A stretch of DNA of 64,000 nucleotides. Source: Promethearchaeia archaeon (GTDB lineage: Archaea; Asgardarchaeota; Lokiarchaeia; Sigyniarchaeales; SOKP01). Where the stretch lies: positions 98,351-162,350 of the forward strand of contig JAWOCD010000057.1 in NCBI GenBank assembly GCA_046483985.1. Reading direction: 5' to 3'. Positions 39,933-50,065 of this stretch are shown here, piece by piece. How positions within the stretch are numbered: the stretch's first letter is position 1; each line of letters begins with the position of its first letter. Both the position numbers and the translations under genes were made by a program. The notes beneath the pieces were generated by a model. It was given only the letters and a program-made list of their open reading frames with translations. It was not told where the DNA came from and searched no databases.

Positions 39933-40922
39933 TTAGTCCTCATTCATTAGCTTAAGGGGAATAATTTGACGAGGTTCATGTACGACTAATCCTTGGGCAT
40001 ATTTCCTAAGAAAAGGGATGAGATTGATAAATTCGCTTTTCTTGATGATTGTATTTACAGCTAGCCAGCCATCGGAGTCACCAGCTAGTTCAGAGATGGT
40101 TGGTCGTTTTAGTGCAGGTAATTCATTGAGGATTTTCGGGAGATTTTCTTTTTTTACGTTCATGAAGATGTGAAGTTTTTTTGATGCTTCAATTACTCCT
40201 AACAAGAGGACTTTTAGATCTTTAATCTTTTCACGTTTCCAATCATCCTTTAAGGCGTTCTTATTAGCGATCAAAACCGCAGTAGAATGATCTATCACAT
40301 CCACAATCTTGAGATTATTTGCCCGAATCGTTGAGCCGGTTTGCGTGTTATCGATGATCGCGTCCACTTCCTCCGGCGGTTTCGCTTCGGTCGCTCCAAA
40401 TGATAAAAAGATTTTTACCTTCTCATTTTCCCCCCAAGTTCTCCAAGGCGTTATGACTAAAGGAGCCTTTTCACCGTATAATTCTTGGTATGTCTCATTC
40501 TCTTGAATGTAATCTAAGGAAAGAGTTAAATATTCTGTGGACAATCTTAATACTTCATTTTTTTGATTATACTCCTTGAGTAACTCATCCATTGAATCGA
40601 TGTCATTCCATGTATCGGGCACACAAAACACAATTCGAACGGCCCCGATCTCTAAATCTAAGATAACTTCCACATCCGCATTTGTCTCTTTTACCCAATC
40701 AATTCCCGAGATTCCTAAATCAAATTCATCTTCTCCAATCAAATAATTGGGAATTTCTTGGGGTCGCAGTAATTTTACTTCTAAATCATCATCATTCACA
40801 GAAGGTCGATAATCTCTACTGGATGAGAATTTGAATCTCAAACCAGCCCGTTCGAAAAAATTGACGACATCCTTTTTTAAACTTCCCTTTGGTATAGTTA
40901 ATTTCAGTTTTTTCTCGGTCAT
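39933..40922 (-). CDS. hisG: ATP phosphoribosyltransferase (long form)
   Basis: IPKGSL, RPQEIP, DLGISG.D, GATE, TQTGSTIRAN and a C-terminal regulatory domain. Confidence 0.95.
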   Translation of the reverse strand: MTEKKLKLTIPKGSLKKDVVNFFERAGLRFKFSSSRDYRPSVNDDDLEVKLLRPQEIPNYLIGEDEFDLGISGIDWVKETNADVEVILDLEIGAVRIVFCVPDTWNDIDSMDELLKEYNQKNEVLRLSTEYLTLSLDYIQENETYQELYGEKAPLVITPWRTWGENEKVKIFLSFGATEAKPPEEVDAIIDNTQTGSTIRANNLKIVDVIDHSTAVLIANKNALKDDWKREKIKDLKVLLLGVIEASKKLHIFMNVKKENLPKILNELPALKRPTISELAGDSDGWLAVNTIIKKSEFINLIPFLRKYAQGLVVHEPRQIIPLKLMNED

Positions 40923-41204
40923 TTTCTATATCTCAGTATCTATCTTCTAATTCTTATTATCTTTTTTAGTCATCTAAAGATTATGAAATTTTCGAAAATA
41001 TTTATTTTTATTTTTTTGATATCCATAAATATGAATCTTTAAATCAATGGAATAGATTTAAATGAAAGTAAACTATTTTTTATTCAAAAAATAATTTAAA
41101 TATGTGAATTTTTAAATTATTTAAAAACAAAATATTATCTAAGAATAAATTAATTTATAACAGAATTTAAGCATTTTAATTACAAATAAGTGAAGAGAAT
41201 TACG

Positions 41205-42203
41205 ATGACCGACTATGCGTTAATGTTCGATGTTTTAGATGGAGGAGTTAGTAAGCCTATATCGTGGGATAAGGATAACTTAGAACCAGATCGGTCCATT
41301 ATAATTTTGGACGAGTCTACTATGTCCTTATTTTTATGGCACGGAAAGCGACAAGGGCTGGTACAGCGAAGAACTGCTTTAAGACAAGCGCAATCTCTTA
41401 AAGGGCATGGATATAAAGTTGGTAAAAGTATAATTGGTCGAGAGATTAAAGAAATAAAAGAGATTGATTCAAGGAAAGTAGGAAGAGTTCCAGAGACCGA
41501 TGAGTTAAATGACCAATTGCAAAAAGTCCTAAATAAAGATTTTACAGAAGGGGACGGACATTTAGTTACCTTTGGTGCCTCAGAACCCGGTATTGCTAAA
41601 CCAAAAGAAAAGCCAAAAGCTGAAGAGCCAAAAGCGAAACCAGCTCCTAAAAAAGAAAAAAAAGTTGCAAAACCAAAAGCCCCAGAACTTAAAGCTAAAC
41701 CGAAGCCAAAAGCGAAACCAGCTCCCAAAAAAGAAAAAAAAGTTGCGAAACCAAAAGCCCCAGAACCTAAAGCTAAACCGAAGCCAAAACCAAAAGTGGC
41801 AGAGCCAAAAACGGCAAGTTCGGAAGGAAAAGAAAAGAAACCTAAAAAAGCTAGTGATTTAGAATTCGCTTCTGAATATGAATCTAACGAACCTCTTCCA
41901 ACTGAGGAAAAACTAAAAGAAAAGCAAAAATTGGAAGTGGAAGTAAAACCTGCAAGAAATATCGGGGCAGATGCAAGAATTGCCTTCTTAATACGTGCGG
42001 TGTTGGACTACTTTGACGATATTTGGGTAAGTAAAAAACCCGATGGAAGTTATTCCATTGAAATGATGGATGGACCCGTTTGCCAATTTTCCATTAAAGG
42101 GAGCAACAAATTGAAGTTTTCGGGCAATTCTTTTAGCGGTATTGATCCGAAAGTTAAGTCAAACATTCAAGACAAATACAAAAAGCTAACTAAGTTATTA
42201 TAA
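41205..42203 (+). CDS. Gelsolin-like domain protein with Lys/Pro/Ala-rich linker
   Basis: IIILDE...LFLWHGK...RRTALRQAQ gelsolin-type core, then a low-complexity linker and a C-terminal globular domain. Confidence 0.7.
   Translation: MTDYALMFDVLDGGVSKPISWDKDNLEPDRSIIILDESTMSLFLWHGKRQGLVQRRTALRQAQSLKGHGYKVGKSIIGREIKEIKEIDSRKVGRVPETDELNDQLQKVLNKDFTEGDGHLVTFGASEPGIAKPKEKPKAEEPKAKPAPKKEKKVAKPKAPELKAKPKPKAKPAPKKEKKVAKPKAPEPKAKPKPKPKVAEPKTASSEGKEKKPKKASDLEFASEYESNEPLPTEEKLKEKQKLEVEVKPARNIGADARIAFLIRAVLDYFDDIWVSKKPDGSYSIEMMDGPVCQFSIKGSNKLKFSGNSFSGIDPKVKSNIQDKYKKLTKLL
41627..41789 (+). repeat. 78-bp (26-aa) coding tandem duplication
   Basis: Units at 41627 and 41705 encode PKAKPAPKKEKKVAKPKAPE(L/P)KAKPK. 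Confidence 0.9.
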
Positions 42204-42352
42204 AATTCTTTATTTTTATCTTTTTTTCCTTTTAACTCCAAGCATGCCGAAAACAAATTTAATTAAGAATACAAGTATGTCGTTACGCAAAAAGGAGATC
42301 CTAAAGCCAAGAGAATATTTATATTTTCTGAAAGATACCTAATAAATAATTT

Positions 42353-42575
42353 TTGAACTACCACGCCCTAAAGAGGGAGGGATTCGTAATTCATTGCAAA
42401 CTGCTTGCCTAAGTGCACAAGTCTTACAGATGCTCCAAACGCTAACCCCGTAGTCCTTACGGTTACACGATGATCTTGGTTATCGTCCATCAATAATTTT
42501 ATAGGATCAATCGTTTATAAATGTATGTGCGATTCATTCCCGCCCTAAAGGTCGGGGCTTTCTCGCACTTTAGTG
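42353..42575 (-). mobile_element. Non-autonomous IS200/IS605-family element (MITE) carrying a TnpB-type right-end RNA scaffold
   Basis: Minus strand reads TTAC|CACTAAAGTGCGAGAAAGCCCCGACCTTTAGGGCGGGAATGAATCGCAC ... ACCGTAAGGACTACGGGGTTAGCG...GAATCCCTCCCTCTTTAGGGCGTGGTAGTTCAA. Subterminal hairpins share CGCCCTAAAG; there is no ORF. Confidence 0.8.
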
Positions 42576-42603
42576 GTAAATATTTGGCGTGTGAAAATTA
42601 AAA

Positions 42604-44679
42604 ATGACAGAGGATTCTAATAAAGCCAATTGGAAAGAACTTAAAGAATTGGAATCAGAAAAGATTGATAAAAAAGCGAAAGCGATTATTGATCAGATGA
42701 CTTTGGAAGAGAAATTACAATCTATGGCAGGAGATTGGAGAATGATCTCTCTAAAAGGGTTAAGAATGGCAATACAATACAATTGGAAACCAATACCCGC
42801 TGGTGTTAATAAAAGGCTTGGTATAGAAGGAGTTAAATTTACCGATGGCCCAAGAGGTGTTGTCATGGGGCATTCTACATGTTTTCCAGTCAGCATGGCA
42901 AGAGGAGCCTCATGGGATCCAGAATTAGAAGAGAAAATCGGTGACATTATTGGAATAGAGGGAAGAGCGCAAGGTGCGAATTTTTATGGAGGTGTATGCA
43001 TTAATTTACTTCGTCATCCAGCTTGGGGAAGGGCACAAGAAACTTACGGAGAGGACCCATATTTATTGGGAAATATGGGGGGTGCACTTACGATGGGCGT
43101 ACAGAACCATTTAATGGCATGTGCAAAACATTATGCATGTAACAGTATTGAGAATAGCAGATTTAAAGTAAATGTAAAAGTTGATGAAAGAACATTACGG
43201 GAAGTATATTTACCGCATTTTAAAAAATGTGTAGATGCGGGAGTTGCGTCTGTTATGAATGCTTATAATAAGGTGAATGGAAAATATTGCGGCCATAACC
43301 ATCATCTCTTGACAGATATTTTAAAAAATGATTGGAAGTTTCAGGGATTTGTTATAACTGATTTTATTTACGGGATCCGGGATGGAAAAAAGGCGGTTAA
43401 TGCGGGGGTCGATATAGAAATGCCGTTCAAATGGAGAATGAAGGAGAAAAAGCTTCGCAACTTATTGCATAAGGATGGGATTTCAATGAAACAAATTGAT
43501 GATTCTCTGTTAAGAATTTTGCGACAACAATTATTATTGAATAAACGAGTCACAGATAAGAATATATATGTTAAAGATAAAATTGCATGCGAAGCCCATA
43601 CACAAATTGCTCTTAAATCCGCGCGAAGGTCAATAGTTCTATTGAAAAATGAGAATCATGTATTACCTCTTCAGAGAGATGTACCACAAAAAATAGCTGT
43701 GATTGGTGAGTTAGCGGACACTCCAAATGTGGGAGATGAAGGAAGTAGCTATGTAGATCCGCCCTATATTGTTACCCCCTTAGAGGGGATTCAAAAAATT
43801 GTAGCCGAGGAAGGGGATATTATCTATAATGACGGTTCAGATATAGATGATGCTAAAAATATTGCTGAAAATGTTGACACGGTAATTATTGTGGCTGGAT
43901 ATACCCATAAAGACGAAGGAGAATATCTCTTTTTAAAAGGAGGGGATAGGGATTCAATTAGGTTAAGGAAAGAAGATGAAAATTTAATAAAATCTATAGG
44001 GAGTGTAAATTCAAACTGTATTGTACTAATTGAAAGTGGGAGTGCGGTAATCGTTGAAAATTGGAAAGATCAAGTTGCAGCAATTTTAATGGTGTGGTAT
44101 CCGGGCATGGAAGGGGGGACAGCAATAGGTGAAGTGATTTTTGGAGAAGTTAATCCCCGGGGAAAATTACCGTTCGTAGTTCCTACAGATGAGATGCATT
44201 TACCCTATTTTGATAAAACTGCCGAGGAAATAACGTATGGATACTATCATGGATATAAACTATTGGATAAAAAGGGCATCTCTCCAGCGTTTCATTTTGG
44301 ATTTGGTTTAAGTTATAATACCTATTCATATAAAAACCTCCAAATAGATCAGCAGAATCTAAATGCGGATGAAATTAGATTTAGCGTTGATATACTAAAT
44401 GAAGGGGATTACAGAGGGGAAGAAATAGTTCAAGTTTATATAGGATATCAAGATTCTACGTATGATCGCCCAGTTAGAGAATTAAAGTCATTTAAAAACG
44501 TTAAACTCGATCCCAAAGAGAAAAAAACAGTTCTCTTGACAATTAAGAAAGAAGATTTATCTGTTTTTGATCCGTATAACAAAAAATGGGTTATTGAACC
44601 AATTACCTATAATCTTTATGTAGGGCCTTCATCTAATGAAAAAAACCTCTTAAAAGGGAAATTTAGGTTATCGAATTGA
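42604..44679 (+). CDS. Beta-glucosidase (GH3)
   Basis: DGPRG, WGRAQETYGEDP, KHY, GFVITDF nucleophile, VLLKNE and a C-terminal Fn3-like domain. Confidence 0.94.
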   Translation: MTEDSNKANWKELKELESEKIDKKAKAIIDQMTLEEKLQSMAGDWRMISLKGLRMAIQYNWKPIPAGVNKRLGIEGVKFTDGPRGVVMGHSTCFPVSMARGASWDPELEEKIGDIIGIEGRAQGANFYGGVCINLLRHPAWGRAQETYGEDPYLLGNMGGALTMGVQNHLMACAKHYACNSIENSRFKVNVKVDERTLREVYLPHFKKCVDAGVASVMNAYNKVNGKYCGHNHHLLTDILKNDWKFQGFVITDFIYGIRDGKKAVNAGVDIEMPFKWRMKEKKLRNLLHKDGISMKQIDDSLLRILRQQLLLNKRVTDKNIYVKDKIACEAHTQIALKSARRSIVLLKNENHVLPLQRDVPQKIAVIGELADTPNVGDEGSSYVDPPYIVTPLEGIQKIVAEEGDIIYNDGSDIDDAKNIAENVDTVIIVAGYTHKDEGEYLFLKGGDRDSIRLRKEDENLIKSIGSVNSNCIVLIESGSAVIVENWKDQVAAILMVWYPGMEGGTAIGEVIFGEVNPRGKLPFVVPTDEMHLPYFDKTAEEITYGYYHGYKLLDKKGISPAFHFGFGLSYNTYSYKNLQIDQQNLNADEIRFSVDILNEGDYRGEEIVQVYIGYQDSTYDRPVRELKSFKNVKLDPKEKKTVLLTIKKEDLSVFDPYNKKWVIEPITYNLYVGPSSNEKNLLKGKFRLSN

Positions 44680-44827
44680 AAGTAATAAGGTTAAGTAAGT
44701 GTTAAGCACATTAAAAAGGAGATTTTCCTTGCCGAATTATAATGAATTTGATATTAGTTTAAAAAGATAAAAGCATTAATATTATTATTGATTACCAACC
44801 AAAATATTCCTTATACGGTATTCATTC

Positions 44828-46585
44828 ATGAAATTTGTAAAATTAGCTAATTTATTCTCGTCCTTGGAGGCAACTTCCAAGCGATTGGAAATGACAGATA
44901 TTTTGGCGGAATTTTTCAGTAAATTAAAAAAAGAAGGAAGGGAACAATCTGATTTAAAAGAAATTATGTATCTGCTCCAAGGTCATCTGGTGTCAAATAT
45001 TAAACAATTTCCGAAGATGGGAATTGCTGAAAAGATGATAATTGAGGCACTTTCGATTCTTTCCGGTATTAGCAATGACAAAATAAAAAATATATTGATT
45101 AAAGAAGGAGATATTGGAAAAACGGCAGAGTTTATCCTTAAGAAAAAGAAAAAACAGAAATCTCTTTCCGATTTTGGGATAAATTCACAAAAAAAACCAT
45201 CCATAGAAATTCAAGATCTTTACTCTGAACTTAAAAAAATTGCTCAAACAGAAGGGGAAGGATCCCATAACACGAAATTAGGAATTCTCCGGGGATTAAT
45301 CGAAAAAATATCCCCCTTGGAAACAAAATATCTTTTAAGAATTATTACATCAACCTTACGGGTAGGAGCATCCACCCAGACCATTATTGATGGATTAGCG
45401 CTGGGATTCACTGGCTCAAAAGAGAATCGGGATATCATCGAAGGGGCATACAATGTCCACCCAGATCTAGGAGATGTGGTTATGATTTTAGCCCAACAAG
45501 GGATAAAACAAGTAAAAAAGATTAAAATCTCTTACGGCATTCCAACTCGTATGATGTTAGCATCGCGAGTCCCATACGAAGATATTAGTTCTAAATTGGG
45601 GGAACCCTTTGTTGCGGAATATAAGCTTGATGGCGAAAGATTGCAAATCCATAAAATAGGGGATAAAATTAAACTTTTCTCCCGAAGATTATTGGAAATC
45701 TCCGACCAATACCCAGATGTTTGCGAAAGCATTAGAAAAAATGTCCAAGCAGAAAATGTCATTATTGAGGGTGAAGTTGTAGCTATGGATAAACTTTATG
45801 AAAAAATGCTTCCCTTTCAAGTATTGAGTAAACGCAGAAGAAAGTATGATGTAGAAGAAATGGTCAAGGAAGTCCCAGTTTGTCTTTTTCTTTTCGATCT
45901 ATTGAAGTTGGAAGAGGAATCATATCTTAACAGGGTTTTACCAGAGAGAAGAGCAGAATTAGAACGAATTATCAATGAAGAGGAAGATTTACAATTGGTA
46001 AAATCAGCTAAGATTCATACAACCAATGAATTGTTGGAATTTTTTGAAGAAGCACGGGACAAAGGGAATGAGGGAATAATTGCGAAATCTATCCAAGAAA
46101 ATTCGGTATACCAGGCAGGGAATCGGGGCTTTTTATGGATCAAATTAAAGGGATTAGAAGGTGGAAAACTAAAAGACACCATTGATGTAGTATTAGTTGG
46201 AGCTTTTTACGGAAAAGGAAGAAGAACAGGGGTGTATGGGACTTATATCGGTGCAGTATACGATCCAGACGAGGATGTTTTCAAGGCATTTACTCGAATA
46301 GCTTCGGGGTGGACTGACGAGATTATGGACACTTTAACAAAAAAGATGGAAGATCTTACTTTAAAAGGGAAACCCGGCAATGTGATTTGCAATGATGAGC
46401 CTGATATATGGCTTTCTCCAAATGTGGTTATCGAAATTATTGGAGATGAAATCACAAAAAGCGAAAAGTTCTCATCATTAGGTTTTTCTATGCGTTTTCC
46501 TGTTTTTCAGCGATTCAGACCCGAAAAGCATCCCAAAGATATCACCACAGTCAATGAGATAAAACGTCTATATGAAATCCAGTAA
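44828..46585 (+). CDS. lig: ATP-dependent DNA ligase
   Basis: EYKLDGERLQIH, EGE, FDLL, EGIIAK, WIKLK and SMRFP. Confidence 0.96.
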   Translation: MKFVKLANLFSSLEATSKRLEMTDILAEFFSKLKKEGREQSDLKEIMYLLQGHLVSNIKQFPKMGIAEKMIIEALSILSGISNDKIKNILIKEGDIGKTAEFILKKKKKQKSLSDFGINSQKKPSIEIQDLYSELKKIAQTEGEGSHNTKLGILRGLIEKISPLETKYLLRIITSTLRVGASTQTIIDGLALGFTGSKENRDIIEGAYNVHPDLGDVVMILAQQGIKQVKKIKISYGIPTRMMLASRVPYEDISSKLGEPFVAEYKLDGERLQIHKIGDKIKLFSRRLLEISDQYPDVCESIRKNVQAENVIIEGEVVAMDKLYEKMLPFQVLSKRRRKYDVEEMVKEVPVCLFLFDLLKLEEESYLNRVLPERRAELERIINEEEDLQLVKSAKIHTTNELLEFFEEARDKGNEGIIAKSIQENSVYQAGNRGFLWIKLKGLEGGKLKDTIDVVLVGAFYGKGRRTGVYGTYIGAVYDPDEDVFKAFTRIASGWTDEIMDTLTKKMEDLTLKGKPGNVICNDEPDIWLSPNVVIEIIGDEITKSEKFSSLGFSMRFPVFQRFRPEKHPKDITTVNEIKRLYEIQ

Positions 46586-46593
46586 CATCATCG

Positions 46594-47949
46594 TTAAATT
46601 ATTATTTTCAAACCCTCATTTTGCATTTTCTTAATTTTTTGAGGGATCTTAATCTCATCATTTCTACCTAAATGAAGGTGCTCCAAGTTAATTAAACGAC
46701 TTAAAGATTCTGGCAACATTTTTAGGGAATTATTGGAGAGATTTAAAATGCGGAGGTTTGTTATTTCCCCGACAGAGGAGGGGATTTCTTTAAGCTGATT
46801 CTCACGTAAGTTCAGTATTTCTAAAGATTTCAATCCTCCAAGATTGGAGGGAAGGGTGACCAGTTCATTTTTTTCCAGCCTAAGGTCTTCGAGCTTGACA
46901 AGATTTCCCATACTAGATGGTAATTGGGAGATATAATTCCAACTTAAATCCAAATGATTCAAATTTTCTAATCTTCCTATACTCGAAGGGAGTTTCTTCA
47001 AGTTATTATCATGACAATCTAATTTTAAAAGCGAAGATAAATTGCCGATGCTGGAGGGGAGATCTTTAATTTTATTAATACGTAATTTTAGGATTTCCAA
47101 ATTTGACAAGTTGCCTATTGTTTCCGGAAGTTCTATTAATGCATTTTTCCACATCTCTAACTTCTTTAGATTCTTAAGAGAACCGATTGATTCGGGAATG
47201 TTTTTAATATTATTCACATTCAGATTAAGTGTTTCCAATTTAGATAAAGAGGAAATCCATTCAGGGATATTCCTCAATTGATTATATCTTAAGACGAGTA
47301 TATTTAAATCACTTAAATTCTTGATAGGACGTGGAAATCCTTCAAGCCCCTTAAAAATAAATCTTAATTCTGTGATAGACAAATCATCAACGGTTATTTT
47401 AATCCTCCAGAAAGACTTTTTCAGATAAAGATAAGATAGATAATTGATAAGAATATCTTTTAATTTGGATTTGGCCATTTGACTTAACTGACCAGTCTTT
47501 TTTAACTCCAAAAACTTCACTCTAAAGTCTTGAACTTCCATCTGGGAAAGTTCTTCTAAAAGAAAATCCCTTTCATTCGGTTGGCCTGTTAAATTATTTA
47601 AAATGGAGATGAGTTTCTTATAGACGTTTTGTTTAATTTTTAATGAATCTTCATTAAGGAGAGCAAATTTGAACGGTCGATAACTCGATTCATCCGGAAA
47701 TAACTGGAAAAGGGCGTTGATCGCGCTGTTTCTCACGAGTTCATTTGCATCGGAAATTAGAACATTTTCCAAAACATTATAAACTCTTTCATCGTTCAAG
47801 CCAATTTCTGCTAAGAGATTGATACTCTTTATTCGTTTTTTAATACTTATACTTTCTTGCACGAAAAAAATGAGACGGTCAATTGCTTCACTCAATGGCA
47901 GAGCATCACTTAAATAATCCTCAAATATTTTTTTCGGTGTAATATTCAT
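46594..47949 (-). CDS. HEAT-repeat plus leucine-rich repeat protein
   Basis: N-terminal LENVLISDANELVRN and multiple LxxLxLxxNxLxxLPxxIG repeats. Confidence 0.92.
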   Translation of the reverse strand: MNITPKKIFEDYLSDALPLSEAIDRLIFFVQESISIKKRIKSINLLAEIGLNDERVYNVLENVLISDANELVRNSAINALFQLFPDESSYRPFKFALLNEDSLKIKQNVYKKLISILNNLTGQPNERDFLLEELSQMEVQDFRVKFLELKKTGQLSQMAKSKLKDILINYLSYLYLKKSFWRIKITVDDLSITELRFIFKGLEGFPRPIKNLSDLNILVLRYNQLRNIPEWISSLSKLETLNLNVNNIKNIPESIGSLKNLKKLEMWKNALIELPETIGNLSNLEILKLRINKIKDLPSSIGNLSSLLKLDCHDNNLKKLPSSIGRLENLNHLDLSWNYISQLPSSMGNLVKLEDLRLEKNELVTLPSNLGGLKSLEILNLRENQLKEIPSSVGEITNLRILNLSNNSLKMLPESLSRLINLEHLHLGRNDEIKIPQKIKKMQNEGLKIII

Positions 47950-47964
47950 TTATTTATCTCCCTC

Positions 47965-49458
47965 TTATTGATATATAGTTAAATTCTTCTTATTCCTTAA
48001 GGCATTTGGAATTTTCTCCAATTTATTGAAGTTTAGATCTAAAATTCTTAACGAGGGCATGTTAGCCACAGAATTAGGTAATCTTTTTATAGCATTCCCC
48101 CAGAGCCTCACAATTTCCAGAGATTCTAAGCTTTCAAGTGATTTTGGAAAAGAGGAAAAGCTATTCCAGTTTAAATTTAATTTTTTAAGTGAATGTAATG
48201 AAGTGACAGAAAGGGGAAGGTCATTTAAGTTATTGTTCCAAAGGGATAGTTCTTCCAAATTTTCAAGATCTTCGAAAATGTCGGGAATATGAGCAATATT
48301 ATTATTAGAAAGATTTAATTTCCTAAGATTGATAAGCTTTCCAATCCAATCGGAGACCTCTGAAATCTGATTGCCTTCTAATCCTAAAACTTCTAAATTT
48401 GGCATAGTTCCAACATTAGTGGGTAGTTCACGAATAGAATTTTTACCCAATTCTAATACTTTCAGTTTTTTTAATTTAGTAATCACTTGAGGAAAATTTC
48501 GTAATTTATTTCCCTTTAGATCCAATATTTCGAGAGTTTTTAGATTTATGAATGAATGTGGAAGGACCTTTATTTTATTTGCCCTCAAGTCGAGTCTTTT
48601 TAATGATTTAAGATCTCCCACAGATTCAGGTAATTCTCTCAGTTTATTTCTCCGAAGACTGAATTCTTCTAAATTCACGAGTTTTTTGAGTGATGCAGAA
48701 ATAGTACGAATGTCATTAGAACTCATATCTAAAAAGGTCAAGGCTTTAAGATAACTAAGTGCATCAGGAACTCGAGAAATTTTATTTAATTTCAAGTCCA
48801 ATTTCTTCAAACCTTTAAGATTTTTAATAGATAGGGGAAAAGATTTTAGTATATTCCAAGAAAATACGTGATTATTCACATTTGATAAGATTAGATTAGT
48901 TACTTTACAATTGATAAGGGTATAAGAGATATTTTCGAACCTTGCTTTTAAGTCTTTTAGAACATAATAATTAATTAGAATATCAGCCAGATATCTGGAT
49001 TCCCTTTCTACTAGGGGTTTTTTTTTCGAGATTTCTTCAACGTCTTGTTTAAACGCTTTTAATTCGATTTTTTCCAGTTCATTAATTAAAAAGTGTTTAG
49101 CATTAATATGAGGGATTGAACCTATTGAATTTATAATAGCAATTAAGGTGTCTAAAGAAGTTTCATGAGAGAAAGCATATTTTAATGGATAGATGGCATC
49201 CTCCTTAAATGTTGATATTAGAACCCGGGCAGCAGTTGCTCTTACTGTTTTCTCTGCGTCAGAGAGGAGAAGATTTTCCAAAATTTTAAAAATATTTGTT
49301 TCTTTGCTCTTTATCTTTTTTATAACGTTTAGGGATTGAACTCTAATATCATTACTCCCGCTGTTCTCAATAAGTGATATAAGTTGAGATAATGCGAACT
49401 TTTTGGTGATTATCTCGTTGGTATATTCTTCCAAAATTTTCTCCGGAGAATGCTTCAT
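47965..49458 (-). CDS. HEAT-repeat plus leucine-rich repeat protein (paralog)
   Basis: LENLLLSDAEKTVRA and about 12 LRR units. Confidence 0.92.
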   Translation of the reverse strand: MKHSPEKILEEYTNEIITKKFALSQLISLIENSGSNDIRVQSLNVIKKIKSKETNIFKILENLLLSDAEKTVRATAARVLISTFKEDAIYPLKYAFSHETSLDTLIAIINSIGSIPHINAKHFLINELEKIELKAFKQDVEEISKKKPLVERESRYLADILINYYVLKDLKARFENISYTLINCKVTNLILSNVNNHVFSWNILKSFPLSIKNLKGLKKLDLKLNKISRVPDALSYLKALTFLDMSSNDIRTISASLKKLVNLEEFSLRRNKLRELPESVGDLKSLKRLDLRANKIKVLPHSFINLKTLEILDLKGNKLRNFPQVITKLKKLKVLELGKNSIRELPTNVGTMPNLEVLGLEGNQISEVSDWIGKLINLRKLNLSNNNIAHIPDIFEDLENLEELSLWNNNLNDLPLSVTSLHSLKKLNLNWNSFSSFPKSLESLESLEIVRLWGNAIKRLPNSVANMPSLRILDLNFNKLEKIPNALRNKKNLTIYQ

Positions 49459-49555
49459 TATTTTACTTTAAAAGGCGTAATTTTTTTAGTTTTACATTTT
49501 AATTTATAAAAAGGTTAAATTTTAATATGCTAAAAATTTAGGTCTAAAAAAGTCT

Positions 49556-50064
49556 TCATTCGGAATATATTGAAACCCTCAGCAACGTATTTCCCATATT
49601 TTGATACTCTTGAAGCGTGGATTTCTTGTTGGGTAAGATTTGGATATCATCGGGAGTCAACGGATATTTATTTCCCGTTTTGGTGGTCCTTAATGTTCCA
49701 TCATAGTCAAAAATTACGGCTTTATTAACATACTGCGTTGAATCAAGTTCTCTTAGAATGGGTGGGCTGTTCTAATAATTTCCTAAATCTATAGAGAACG
49801 GCTTAGGGAGGGAAATCTGAATTGTCTTGCTCTTGAATTTCACCACCAGACAATAGTTTTCCATATTGAAGTTTCATTCGTTTGGCAATATCAAATTGAG
49901 CCTCTGAGAGTTGACCCTTTAACCATCGGCAATAAATAGCAATGTCATATTCCTGTGCTCATTCAATAAAGGGCTTTCTGATTTTGACAGCTGGGAAGGA
50001 GTTATGTATCACAAAACGTGGGGTATCTATTGTTTCCAAGATTTTTTCCCATTCGGTAAAGATG
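49556..50064 (-). pseudogene. Degraded bifunctional P-loop kinase / HAD-IIIA phosphatase (PNKP-like) remnant
   Basis: Frames give FVIHNSFP..IRKPFIE*...CRWL...RMKLQYGKLL...FPP*AVLYRFRK, then after a frameshift NKAVIFDYDGTLR....KYP...DI.ILP; several stops. Confidence 0.65.
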
Positions 50065-50065
50065 T

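Noticed and set aside
41213-41862. Overlapping 171-aa and 96-aa ORFs
   Set aside because: They are shadows of the low-complexity Lys/Pro/Ala linker.
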